Shown here: positions 29,753-39,036 of the stretch, piece after piece
How positions within the stretch are numbered: position 1 is the stretch's first letter
Layout of the letters: every line of letters starts with the position of its first letter
NCBI GenBank assembly: GCA_964568885.1
Contig: CAZMSF010000001.1
Location: forward strand, 5,217 to 69,216
Source of the DNA: an uncultured Gammaproteobacteria bacterium
Lineage (GTDB): Bacteria; Patescibacteriota; Microgenomatia; Levybacterales; GWA1-39-11
Direction: 5' to 3'
DNA: 64,000 nucleotides
Program-made: the position numbers and the translations under genes
Notes under the pieces: model-generated
Told to the model about the DNA's origin: nothing
Databases searched by the model: none
The model's input: the letters and a program-made list of their open reading frames with translations, nothing else

Positions 29753-30313
29753 TTAGCTTACGGGCTTTGCAACGACCACAAACCGCTTAGAGTCAAGAAA
29801 CCCGGTACATGTATAAATGGTAAGTCTTGTGTCATTCGTAGAGTCAATAATATACCGCTGTTGAGGGTCGACCGTTGCCGTATACATTATTTCGAATTCT
29901 TTTTTTATTCCGTTATTCCACGAAACGGTAATATGCTGTCCCGGCTTTGTTTTGGGAAGAGCACCCAGAAGGCTTGACCAATTGTGCCCATACATGACGC
30001 TATTTCCCTTATCGCCAGGAAGTGGAGAACTCGCAAGATAACTTACTCCTTTGCCGGTTGTTTCCCATTGGTTGTTTCTTATGAGTGCCGGATAAATAGC
30101 GACATCAACATGAATTGAGGGGATGATAAGTCTTACAGGTGCTTCACCGCTTACAGGTACTACGACCTCCGTTTTGCCTTCAAATGTGAGCGGATGTGGA
30201 GAGTATCGAAGATACAGAAGATACGCAAAAAATGCAAGAAAGGTTATGCCCAGGAGTATAAGTAATTTTGAGAAAAGCTGTGCCATGGAAATATGGGGAG
30301 ATTTCCACTCCAC
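29753..30313 (-). CDS. Sortase (class E-like) transpeptidase
   Basis: N-terminal TM, catalytic His (VMYGHN), TLxTC (TIYTCTG), conserved Arg. Confidence 0.75.
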   Translation of the reverse strand: MEWKSPHISMAQLFSKLLILLGITFLAFFAYLLYLRYSPHPLTFEGKTEVVVPVSGEAPVRLIIPSIHVDVAIYPALIRNNQWETTGKGVSYLASSPLPGDKGNSVMYGHNWSSLLGALPKTKPGQHITVSWNNGIKKEFEIMYTATVDPQQRYIIDSTNDTRLTIYTCTGFLDSKRFVVVAKPVS

Positions 30314-30321
30314 AGAAAGTG

Positions 30322-30942
30322 TTAGTTAGTGTTTCTTCGAAGCCAGATGCCAAGAATTGTCATGAATATTCCTGCCCCAAAGACAGAAAGAACGAATGTG
30401 ATGTTGCCCGTTGAGGCAAGAGAACCGGCATTTCCTGTAGCGGCCTGAACGGTTGAAGCACCATCAGAACGCCCGTCAGAGCGTCCGTCCGACTTTCCGT
30501 CCGATTTACCGTCCCCGCCTGAATTCTGTGTGGTAGAACTCCCTCCGCCGCACGAATACGAAATGTTTTTTGCAAGATAGCTACCTTCCGAAAGTCCCCA
30601 AGCAGAGCCTGAGGGAACAAATATCCATCCCTGATTTTCATATATCTTAATTTGATCCTGTGACATTTCGCCAACGCTCATCCAGTTGGTTTGCATGCCC
30701 GTACCGTCCGTTGCGCACAAACATTGCATTACATTCCCATTTCCTAAAGAATATACGGTGTCGTGACCGTCTTTTGAGGTACCGCCGACAATTCCATGAG
30801 TTCCATCAGGATAATCAACTACTACATTTCCGCTGGGTGCAAGACATGAAGTGAATGAAGAATCAACGGCAACAGCAGCTACCGGTTTTGCAGTCACCAA
30901 AAGAGCCGTCAAAAGAATAAGAATAACGAATAAATGCTTCAT
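30322..30942 (-). CDS. Sortase-substrate surface protein with LASTG sorting signal and SDG(K/R) repeats
   Basis: Signal peptide; C-terminal LASTG + hydrophobic segment + RRNTN tail; (SDGK/SDGR)x4 repeat. Confidence 0.6.
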   Translation of the reverse strand: MKHLFVILILLTALLVTAKPVAAVAVDSSFTSCLAPSGNVVVDYPDGTHGIVGGTSKDGHDTVYSLGNGNVMQCLCATDGTGMQTNWMSVGEMSQDQIKIYENQGWIFVPSGSAWGLSEGSYLAKNISYSCGGGSSTTQNSGGDGKSDGKSDGRSDGRSDGASTVQAATGNAGSLASTGNITFVLSVFGAGIFMTILGIWLRRNTN

Positions 30943-31004
30943 AAAAAATTTGATACAGTATTATAGTATATAGCTATGAGCTTGTCAAGTATAAATGAGG
31001 CAAA

Positions 31005-32288
31005 TCATTTGCTCACTTCTCTTGCCATGAAAAACTTCAAGAGCTTAAAGAGAGGACTTTCGCTAACGCTTTCCAGGGTTAATGAGCTATTATTAACATC
31101 ACTTATTGATAGGGTTTTGGGTTTATAGTTTGTAGCATTCACCGTTATCTTCTCTGTCTTATCAAAGTATGGCAGTGCTCCCACCCCGTTTTTTGAGGTT
31201 ATAACGAACCGTTCCTCCCCTTTAATAGTCGCATTATGAATTGGTCTTCCCAATTCATTTTTTACGCTCAATTTAAGCTGCTGAGGAGCATAGTAAGAGG
31301 TAATTGCATCAACCGCGAGCCTTTTGGTCCCGTCTTCATTCCATAACTGTGTAGAGCCGCCGGTGTTCACCCAATAATTTACCCCGATAAGCGTATTGGC
31401 CTTTACCAAAAGACTTCCCGTATTTTTTATCCACTCTGCCTGCTCTTTCTCATTCATCGGCCCATTAATATCAGGTATCGGCGCCCCGTATTCACCCAAA
31501 ATTATTTTGCCGCCCGTTGTCTCGGAAAGGGATTTTATGTCTTCAGCAAGTTTTTCACCGCTTGCAACGTAATGGTCTATAGTCACTATTCCGTCAAGAG
31601 CACGGGTGGTGTCCTTGTCCATCACAAGCTCTGCCACGTCTTTATTCATGGAGTCATAATTTGAAGCTACTTTCTTGTTTCTGCCTGAAAAAAAGCTCTT
31701 TGTAAGAGCATATTCCTCTATCAAAAACTGCCGGTGTCCGGCAACGTCACCAGTCAGCCTCGGGTCCCCTGCCCCACCGTTTTCACATTCGGGGCATGCG
31801 GTAAACACATCACCATTGGCAAAAAGATCGGGATGAGCATTCAGAAATTCCTCCGTTTTTTTCATATGCTCTTCTCTTGTTATCTTATTGTAGGAAAACC
31901 ACCCTTCCCAGCCTGAAAAATTCCCGCGGAACCAAACGTTGAGATGCTCACGCCGCGCAGCTCTCACCCAGCGTTGAAGCATAGGATAAAACTCTTCGTC
32001 GTAGGGAGTTGCAATTGCTACATGCGTTGCTCCTGTTGAAGCTATATCTTTCACCTGCTTTGCGATAACCGCGTCAAATGAAGGGTCATTGAGCTTTTCG
32101 CGGGCCAAATCTCTTGAGTATTTCATCGTGTCAATAGACTGGAACGACCAAAAAAGGGCTCTTTCCCCTTGCGCCTCAAGAGGCACAAAAAAGAAGAAGT
32201 AAAAAATCGAAAAAAGGGAAAGCAGCAGCAGAAAAAGACCGCTAAAAAGTGTCGTTTTGTGCCCCAACTGTATTTTTACGGTTTTCAT
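31005..32288 (-). CDS. Putative membrane-anchored glycoside hydrolase (TIM-barrel, GH clan A-like)
   Basis: N-terminal TM; WFRGNFSGWEGWF and ILGEYGAPIP (EYG nucleophile-like) blocks; family not assignable by eye. Confidence 0.35.
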   Translation of the reverse strand: MKTVKIQLGHKTTLFSGLFLLLLSLFSIFYFFFFVPLEAQGERALFWSFQSIDTMKYSRDLAREKLNDPSFDAVIAKQVKDIASTGATHVAIATPYDEEFYPMLQRWVRAARREHLNVWFRGNFSGWEGWFSYNKITREEHMKKTEEFLNAHPDLFANGDVFTACPECENGGAGDPRLTGDVAGHRQFLIEEYALTKSFFSGRNKKVASNYDSMNKDVAELVMDKDTTRALDGIVTIDHYVASGEKLAEDIKSLSETTGGKIILGEYGAPIPDINGPMNEKEQAEWIKNTGSLLVKANTLIGVNYWVNTGGSTQLWNEDGTKRLAVDAITSYYAPQQLKLSVKNELGRPIHNATIKGEERFVITSKNGVGALPYFDKTEKITVNATNYKPKTLSISDVNNSSLTLESVSESPLFKLLKFFMAREVSK

Positions 32289-32290
32289 AG

Positions 32291-33925
32291 TTATTTCTGC
32301 TTTCCTAATGTGGGTTTTGTATTAAGGGTCTTAAGATATTCAGGCTTTAATTCATAAATATCCGCAAAGGGATAATGCCCTACCAGATTGTACTTTTTGT
32401 ATCCCGCAGTTGTATGCACCTCTTTGAAAGTCTGGTCGTTAAGGTCGTTGGTACGCATGATAATCCACCGTGCCCATCTGTCGGGAGCTGATGTGGCCGA
32501 AAGCCAATACGTACCTGTTCCTTCATGGATGAATTTGCTCATCGGTAACCCCGACGAAAAAATGATAGCGTCATGCGAGGCTGCCGAAATCAAGATAAAT
32601 CCGTCTTTTCCTTTTGTGTTCTTACTAAGCCACCCTGAAACCTCGGAAACATTCTTCTGGGAAGAACCAACCCTCGCGTCATCAATTGTGACAGCGTCAT
32701 TATTTGCAAAGGCAAAGAATGTGACAAAAAGCAAAAGTCCGATGAATAACCATCGCAAATTTCTGAACCTATTTACCAAAAAGCCAATAAATATTGCAAT
32801 GGACGGCGCCATCATGACGCCATACCTGACGTTAAACCACGTGTTGCCCGATATTCCTTGCACAAAAAGCACGGAAAAACCCAGGAAAAGCGCTAGAATA
32901 TTAAACACTAAGGGAGCTATAAGTGACGATGTGGCGATTTTTATGTTTCCCTTGACCCGCGTATCGAACCAAAACGCGAAGGCCCCGAATGTCCCGAGAA
33001 TAAGTGGAACCGTATAACTGTTGTAAGCAAGAGCGTACAAATATACTTTTATCGACAACAATAAATTTCGGTTGGTAGCCAAAACTCCTGCTTCTTTCAG
33101 CTGCTGCTGCTGAGCGTGTGCCGAATAGGGACCGAATGCAAAATACAACGGGTCTTTAAAAATAAGAAGGTTCCACAAAAACCAGAGAGCGATGCCAAAT
33201 CCCCCTAACGTAATAAAGAACAAGAATGTGCCTTCTGCTGCCTTGAAGCCTTTTTTCCGAAAAGCAAGAACAATAATTGTTACTGCCGCCCACAAGAAAA
33301 GGAACCACCCGTCATAACGGTTGAGCGTTGCAAGCATTATCCAAAAAGCGGAATAGATAAGATGCAGAAGCTTTCCTTCTTTCTGCCACATGAATAGCTC
33401 GTAGACGCCTGCCGTCATTGTAGCCAAGAGCAGCAGCTCGGTCATCGCGGTCGACTGAAGGTACAAAACATTAATGTTAGCAACAAATGCAAAAACGCCA
33501 ATGAGTCTCCCAAGCATTCCTACACCTAAATTTTTCAGGAAGAGGTAGACAAGAACCCCTGTTGCGACAAATGAAACCATCGATTCTATCGCCCCCGCAA
33601 GACCCGTATGCCACATAAAGTCATTCCAAATGGTTGCAACCATCAGTAAATGAGGCAAAGGAAGCCACACCGACCCCAACTGGGCAAGCCCGGGCTTGAG
33701 ACCCTCAACAACGCGTCTTCCGATGTCCAAATGCGACCGCGCGTCGTTATACGAAAGCCCCAAATGGTTATTGAGGTAATACACAAAATTGGCAACCGAT
33801 ATCGCAGAAAGGACAATGATAAGAATAAGAACCGCGTTTTTTGCGAAAAGTCCTTTTACCTTTTCCAGAAAGGAAGACTGTGTTTTTACAGAAATTGTAA
33901 GCTCTTTTGGCGATATATTAATCAT
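32291..33925 (-). CDS. Polytopic GT-C-like membrane glycosyltransferase (ArnT/PMT-like) candidate
   Basis: 12-13 TM helices, first extracytoplasmic loop with NDARSH..D.GRR, C-terminal soluble domain. Confidence 0.4.
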   Translation of the reverse strand: MINISPKELTISVKTQSSFLEKVKGLFAKNAVLILIIVLSAISVANFVYYLNNHLGLSYNDARSHLDIGRRVVEGLKPGLAQLGSVWLPLPHLLMVATIWNDFMWHTGLAGAIESMVSFVATGVLVYLFLKNLGVGMLGRLIGVFAFVANINVLYLQSTAMTELLLLATMTAGVYELFMWQKEGKLLHLIYSAFWIMLATLNRYDGWFLFLWAAVTIIVLAFRKKGFKAAEGTFLFFITLGGFGIALWFLWNLLIFKDPLYFAFGPYSAHAQQQQLKEAGVLATNRNLLLSIKVYLYALAYNSYTVPLILGTFGAFAFWFDTRVKGNIKIATSSLIAPLVFNILALFLGFSVLFVQGISGNTWFNVRYGVMMAPSIAIFIGFLVNRFRNLRWLFIGLLLFVTFFAFANNDAVTIDDARVGSSQKNVSEVSGWLSKNTKGKDGFILISAASHDAIIFSSGLPMSKFIHEGTGTYWLSATSAPDRWARWIIMRTNDLNDQTFKEVHTTAGYKKYNLVGHYPFADIYELKPEYLKTLNTKPTLGKQK

Positions 33926-35465
33926 GTTTCTTTAAAAGATGTGAAACCATAAGAATATTCAAGGTCGCGGTAAGTGTAATAACTAATAGTACGTAGTATT
34001 GAACCGGAGTAAGTATATTTTTGAATACATTATTGTATGTGAATGATTTAGAACCGGTATTGAGAAGGTAGAAATAATTTCTGTCAAACATATACCTCTC
34101 TTGAACGCCGGAGAGTTTTTCAAGGGCCAAAACTTCTACTTGCGGAGGATTAGCATTGGTAGTAATAGCACCCAAAGTATTTACAGCTATTGAATATACT
34201 CCAACGAGGAAAAATGCGATGTAAAACCAAGCGTTTTTATTGAATTTTTTGAATGCGAATGCAACCAGAATGGACAGAATTGCGTATGATGGAATAAGGT
34301 ACCTTGACCCAAAAGCCCAACCTCCCCATGGATCGCCCCACATTGAGTAAAGGACAACATTGGCGCAAATTATACTTATCAGAAGAACTAATTCTTTCTG
34401 CTTCTTCGACCATAAATAAATTGCTCCAAATATTCCAAAAAGGACAATCGGCGCATAAAATATTACCCCCCTGTCAGGGCTAATTGAATGGATATATAAC
34501 CCGTTAATGATATTTCGTGTTTTGAAAAAGGTCACCGCTTCTTTCTTAGTTATATTGTTCCCTTTTGAATCCAAGAGAAGGGATTTATCCTGCGTGGAAC
34601 TTGTATCCTTTACAACCTGTACGGCTTTCGTCGGAAGAGTTCCTGATAATTGAAACGGATTTCCGTAAGAAGAATTGTTGAACCATAAGAAGAACAACAC
34701 AGGTAAAGCAAATGAAACAATCGAGAGTAAAGAAAGAAACCTGAACTTCACCCGAACAACTGACTTTATTCTTTCAAGCCCAAACATTCTTATCACCGAA
34801 TAAATAAAAACCGGGAAAAAGAAGAATAAATTTGGGTAATCTAATGGTATGGATGCTGCGAAGAGAAATGAAACAACGATTCCTGCAATCCAGCTACGAA
34901 ATCTAAACAAGGCATAGAGCGCTAGAAGTATAAATAAAGTGGACAAATGGTGCTGATACAGACTGACTCCATATGAAAATGCCGGAGTTCCAAATACGAA
35001 TGCAAGTGCTGCAATGCAAGAAGCAATCTTTCCCGCACCAAGTCTTACTGCAATTTTTCCGATGAAAAACGCATTCAAAATTGCAAATACTGAAATAGTA
35101 AAGAACGTCCCCACCTGAGAAAGACCAATCACTTTCCCTAAAACATATCCGGGTATCAAAGTGAATGATAATAATGGAGCAAATAACGAAACGTATTTAC
35201 CCTTCAATACTCCTACATCGGGAGCTGCAAAATTACCAATGCTTTCGGTAAACTTAAAGGATTTATGCTCAACAATTGAGTACAGAAGTGCGTATCTTCC
35301 TCTCTCGGGAGACAATTCAAGCGGACCAGCTTCTTTCCAATTGTTTTTTTGCAAATCAATTTCAGTAGGATTTCCTAATACGCCACGGAATGTCATCACA
35401 TAAATTAGTGAGATAAGTGTAAAAAATAAATAAGGCAAGATTTTTTTAAACATACTAACTACCAA
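33918..35465 (-). CDS. Polytopic GT-C-like membrane glycosyltransferase (PMT_2/ArnT-like) candidate
   Basis: About 12 TM helices; conserved loop SPERGRYALLYSI typical of ArnT/PMT-family proteins. Confidence 0.45.
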   Translation of the reverse strand: MVVSMFKKILPYLFFTLISLIYVMTFRGVLGNPTEIDLQKNNWKEAGPLELSPERGRYALLYSIVEHKSFKFTESIGNFAAPDVGVLKGKYVSLFAPLLSFTLIPGYVLGKVIGLSQVGTFFTISVFAILNAFFIGKIAVRLGAGKIASCIAALAFVFGTPAFSYGVSLYQHHLSTLFILLALYALFRFRSWIAGIVVSFLFAASIPLDYPNLFFFFPVFIYSVIRMFGLERIKSVVRVKFRFLSLLSIVSFALPVLFFLWFNNSSYGNPFQLSGTLPTKAVQVVKDTSSTQDKSLLLDSKGNNITKKEAVTFFKTRNIINGLYIHSISPDRGVIFYAPIVLFGIFGAIYLWSKKQKELVLLISIICANVVLYSMWGDPWGGWAFGSRYLIPSYAILSILVAFAFKKFNKNAWFYIAFFLVGVYSIAVNTLGAITTNANPPQVEVLALEKLSGVQERYMFDRNYFYLLNTGSKSFTYNNVFKNILTPVQYYVLLVITLTATLNILMVSHLLKKHD

Positions 35466-36642
35466 TCAATGTTGAATAAAAGTCATTTATCTTCTCAGAA
35501 ACGCTTTGCCAAGAATTCTTAAGCCCAAACTCTCTGTTTGTTTCCTCCATTTTCTTAATTTTGGGTGTGTTCTTGTTTTTAAGAATATAATTAAGTTTAT
35601 CAGCAACGGACTTATAATTACGAGTCTCAACGCAATAACCGTTTATGTCGTTCTTTATGAGAAGCGGAAGGGCAGTATTGTTAGCAACCACACAAGGCAA
35701 ACCTTGACTTAATCCTTCATGGATGACGTTGCAATAACTTTCCCATAGGGCCATATGAACCATAAGCTGTGCGTGCTTAACTACATAGTACTTATCAATC
35801 CCCTTCAAAACCCCAATAAAGAGTACTCGTTCTTGCAATTTTAATGAGGAAATTAATTCTCGCAAATTCTTTATATAATTACCCTCTTCTTGGATGGGTC
35901 CAGCGATAATATATTTGACATCGGAAGGAAGGAGTGCTAAAGCCTTTATTGTTGTTTCATAGTTTTTGATTTTATAAACACGACCCATCTGAAAGATGTA
36001 TTTTCCGAAACTTTCAACTTTCTTCTTGATTTGACGGCTTGCAAGCCTATCAATATCCACATAAGCTTCGTCCTCAATACCATTGTCGATTACGCGTATT
36101 AAAGACGTTCTTACTCCCTTTTTAATCATTTCGTCCTTTTCCCATTCGGAAACCGCACGCACTCCATCAACAACCAAGTTAATAAGAATAGTCCCTAATG
36201 TGTAGTGATACGTTGACTTCACAATCTTTTCTATGAATGAGAAAATCCTCCATTCCGGATTAAATCCACCATGAGGCGTAATAGCCAATTTATAATTCTT
36301 TTTTCCAAACATCTTCGCAACTAGTGTTCTTCCCAAAATATGAAGATGCGGAAAAATATCGAAATTATGAAGAGTTACTATATCTGTAGTAGAATAATCA
36401 ATTTCAGGAAAAAATCCATACCATTTAAATGGATAACGCTTTACTCTAATTCCATTCATCAGTTCTTCTCTTGGAAGCCAGTTCTTTTTTAAATAGGTAT
36501 TGGTTGATGTATGCAGCGTGACGTCCCAACCCATTTCGACAAGTCGACGATAGGTCTCCATCACATTCACCTCTATTCCTGCCGTTACAGGAAAGAAATA
36601 TTTAACGATAATATCTACTTTTTTTTGTTTTCTTAGTTTCAT
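35455..36642 (-). CDS. Glycosyltransferase family 4 (GT-B, retaining)
   Basis: C-terminal E..G....EG.s.G.P.V motif (EGLSQGLPCVVANN). Confidence 0.75.
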   Translation of the reverse strand: MKLRKQKKVDIIVKYFFPVTAGIEVNVMETYRRLVEMGWDVTLHTSTNTYLKKNWLPREELMNGIRVKRYPFKWYGFFPEIDYSTTDIVTLHNFDIFPHLHILGRTLVAKMFGKKNYKLAITPHGGFNPEWRIFSFIEKIVKSTYHYTLGTILINLVVDGVRAVSEWEKDEMIKKGVRTSLIRVIDNGIEDEAYVDIDRLASRQIKKKVESFGKYIFQMGRVYKIKNYETTIKALALLPSDVKYIIAGPIQEEGNYIKNLRELISSLKLQERVLFIGVLKGIDKYYVVKHAQLMVHMALWESYCNVIHEGLSQGLPCVVANNTALPLLIKNDINGYCVETRNYKSVADKLNYILKNKNTPKIKKMEETNREFGLKNSWQSVSEKINDFYSTLIGS

Positions 36643-37430
36643 ATGGCAAGCGAAGGCAAGTACTTTTTAATAGTCCTTCTAAATATAATCGCATAAAAAC
36701 TTGTTAAGTTCTTGAATTCTGAGAATGCGTGTGTGCCATCAATTCCAATTCTCGGTATTGTAAGTTCTTTGGTTTTTTGAGAAATTAGGTTGTCATCCAT
36801 ACTGAAGGCCATTTTATAACCGGATTTTTTTACAACAGTAAGTATCTCCTTTGTATATCTTCCTTTCGGGTAAGCAAAATAATCAACTGAACATCCCAGC
36901 ACTTTCTCCAAATCTTGTTTTGACCCCGTTACTTCATAAGCAATATCTTCTCTACTGAGCTTATAAAAATCCGAGTGAGTTGCGCCGTGAGAACCAAAAA
37001 ACCACCCATCTCTTTGTAAAATTCGAATATCTTTAATTGACAAAAGTTCTTTGTGGTTATCAAGCTCTTTTCTATTGACGTCTCTGGCGTTTGAAAGCAA
37101 GAAAACCGTAGGCTTAATGTTCTGCCTATTTAGAAACTCTCTCACACTCATAATATCCTTATACCCATCATCGATCGTGAGAAGAACTAATGGTTTTTCT
37201 GCAAAAAAATTGGTTGATAGATACGACTCAAACTCGGGAGCAGATACAAATGTGTGAGTCTTTTTAAGTGCTAGAATTTGTTTTTTGAAACTGGAAGTTG
37301 TAGTGCTAAACTTCCAATTATCATTAGAAAAGCCGTGGTAACACAAAACAAACGCATTAACTTTTCTCAAGGTTAATTTCGATAACAAACCAAGTATTAT
37401 GTAAATTGTTTTTCGAAGTCTATTTTTCAT
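36639..37430 (-). CDS. Polysaccharide deacetylase (NodB domain)
   Basis: LLTIDDGYKD, GSHGATHSDF NodB motifs. Confidence 0.75.
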   Translation of the reverse strand: MKNRLRKTIYIILGLLSKLTLRKVNAFVLCYHGFSNDNWKFSTTTSSFKKQILALKKTHTFVSAPEFESYLSTNFFAEKPLVLLTIDDGYKDIMSVREFLNRQNIKPTVFLLSNARDVNRKELDNHKELLSIKDIRILQRDGWFFGSHGATHSDFYKLSREDIAYEVTGSKQDLEKVLGCSVDYFAYPKGRYTKEILTVVKKSGYKMAFSMDDNLISQKTKELTIPRIGIDGTHAFSEFKNLTSFYAIIFRRTIKKYLPSLAI

Positions 37431-37432
37431 AG

Positions 37433-38146
37433 TTATTTAATAGCTTTTACTGCAATTATGCACGGATAATTCGGGTCATTGAAGTCCAATTCCTTTTTCG
37501 AAAGTTCCTCAACTGCCATTCCAACCCAAAAACACTGTCCCGACAAAACATTTCCATATGACTTTACATCCAGAGTTCCCGATTTAAAGTATTTCGAAAA
37601 GATATATTTACATGATGTAACCGTGAATCTCCACATACTGTAATTAAGATCGAGAACTGGGCTTATTGACGAAACCGTAACCAGCAAAACTCCACCCGGT
37701 TTTAAAATACGATAGCACTCCCTAATTGCACTTTCATAATCATCTATCATTCCGAGTGTTTGAGTAACTATAAGGCAGTCATACGAATTGCTATCAATCG
37801 ACTTCAAGTTTCTCAAGTCATCATGAATATCGGCAAGTTTGTTTTTGGGATTATTGTCAAGAATGTCGCTTTTAGTCACTTTTAACTTTCCAAATTTCAA
37901 CGTGTAACTATTATCAACAATCTCAAGGCATTTCCCTTTAATATATTTCGAGTTTTCGCTTAAAAATTTCTCTATATAATACCTATCAATCGGAGTTCCC
38001 CTATCATACCCAAACTTTCGGCTCAGAGGCTTTGTCGTTCTTGTCCCCAAAAAATACCGAGAATTAGGAAAAATAAATTTCATAATTCTTGCTCTTATTG
38101 GACGAATGATATGTATTACTTGTTGATTCATACTAAATTCTGGCAA
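37433..38146 (-). CDS. Class I SAM-dependent methyltransferase
   Basis: Motif I CLEIVDNSY..G and post-I ILKPGGVLLV. Confidence 0.7.
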   Translation of the reverse strand: MPEFSMNQQVIHIIRPIRARIMKFIFPNSRYFLGTRTTKPLSRKFGYDRGTPIDRYYIEKFLSENSKYIKGKCLEIVDNSYTLKFGKLKVTKSDILDNNPKNKLADIHDDLRNLKSIDSNSYDCLIVTQTLGMIDDYESAIRECYRILKPGGVLLVTVSSISPVLDLNYSMWRFTVTSCKYIFSKYFKSGTLDVKSYGNVLSGQCFWVGMAVEELSKKELDFNDPNYPCIIAVKAIK

Positions 38147-39032
38147 TTGTTTTGGAGCTTGATACTCTCTCCCAATTTTCTTTTTCCCTTACAAAGAATG
38201 ATTGCGCCTTTATAATTAACAAGACAGAAAAGTACATAATTGTAGATATTGGGTCCGAAATTAAATTTTTTAAAATTGATTTAATAAGCACCCCTTTTCC
38301 CAACTTGTAACCCTCCGAGACCAGGTGCTTCCCAAATTCTTTCTTTAATAGTTCTTTTGAATTGTAAAAGCGTATACTTTGCTTCTTGTGATCCATGAAG
38401 TTGGTAGGAAGTCGAAATATCACACTCGTACTTTTTTGGAAATGATATTTAAACCCGTTCACCTTACAGTTGTAATAAGAAAAGGCATCTTCACCAATAC
38501 TTGTTGAAAATCGAAACGAGGAATAAAAACGTTTTGAAAACGCCCTGGCTACACCTCTGCATGTGTAGACATTGTCGCCATCGCGATAATTCTCGTACGC
38601 AACGTTCTTTATTTTTGTGCTAACGAATAATACTTTTTCAAAGAATGTTGACGGCTCTGCCTCGGATACCGAAGGAGAAACCAAATCAACCGAATTTTTT
38701 TGAATTGGCTGTATCATTTTGAAAAGAAAATTTTTATCCAGAATTCTCACGTCGGCGTTGATAAGGATTAATACATCGGAAGTTGCGTGTTCAAGAATAA
38801 GGTTTTGAGTAAACGCAAGTCCGCATCTTTTTTCATTTTTCCTTAAATTAACTCCTTTTTTGAATTCTTTAACTATTTTTTCCGTACTGTCTGTACTTCC
38901 GTCTGAAACAACTAATATCTCCCTAAGCAAGAACTTATCCTTTTTTTGCTTGAGCAAATCATTAAGAAGAAATCGTATATTGTCTTCTTCGTTAAATGCC
39001 GGTATTCCAATTATCAATGTAAGTTTTTTCAT
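38133..39032 (-). CDS. Glycosyltransferase family 2
   Basis: LIIGIPAFNEEDNI...VVSDGSTDST...INADV (DxD) GT-A motifs. Confidence 0.8.
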   Translation of the reverse strand: MKKLTLIIGIPAFNEEDNIRFLLNDLLKQKKDKFLLREILVVSDGSTDSTEKIVKEFKKGVNLRKNEKRCGLAFTQNLILEHATSDVLILINADVRILDKNFLFKMIQPIQKNSVDLVSPSVSEAEPSTFFEKVLFVSTKIKNVAYENYRDGDNVYTCRGVARAFSKRFYSSFRFSTSIGEDAFSYYNCKVNGFKYHFQKSTSVIFRLPTNFMDHKKQSIRFYNSKELLKKEFGKHLVSEGYKLGKGVLIKSILKNLISDPISTIMYFSVLLIIKAQSFFVREKENWERVSSSKTIARI

Positions 39033-39036
39033 AAAT

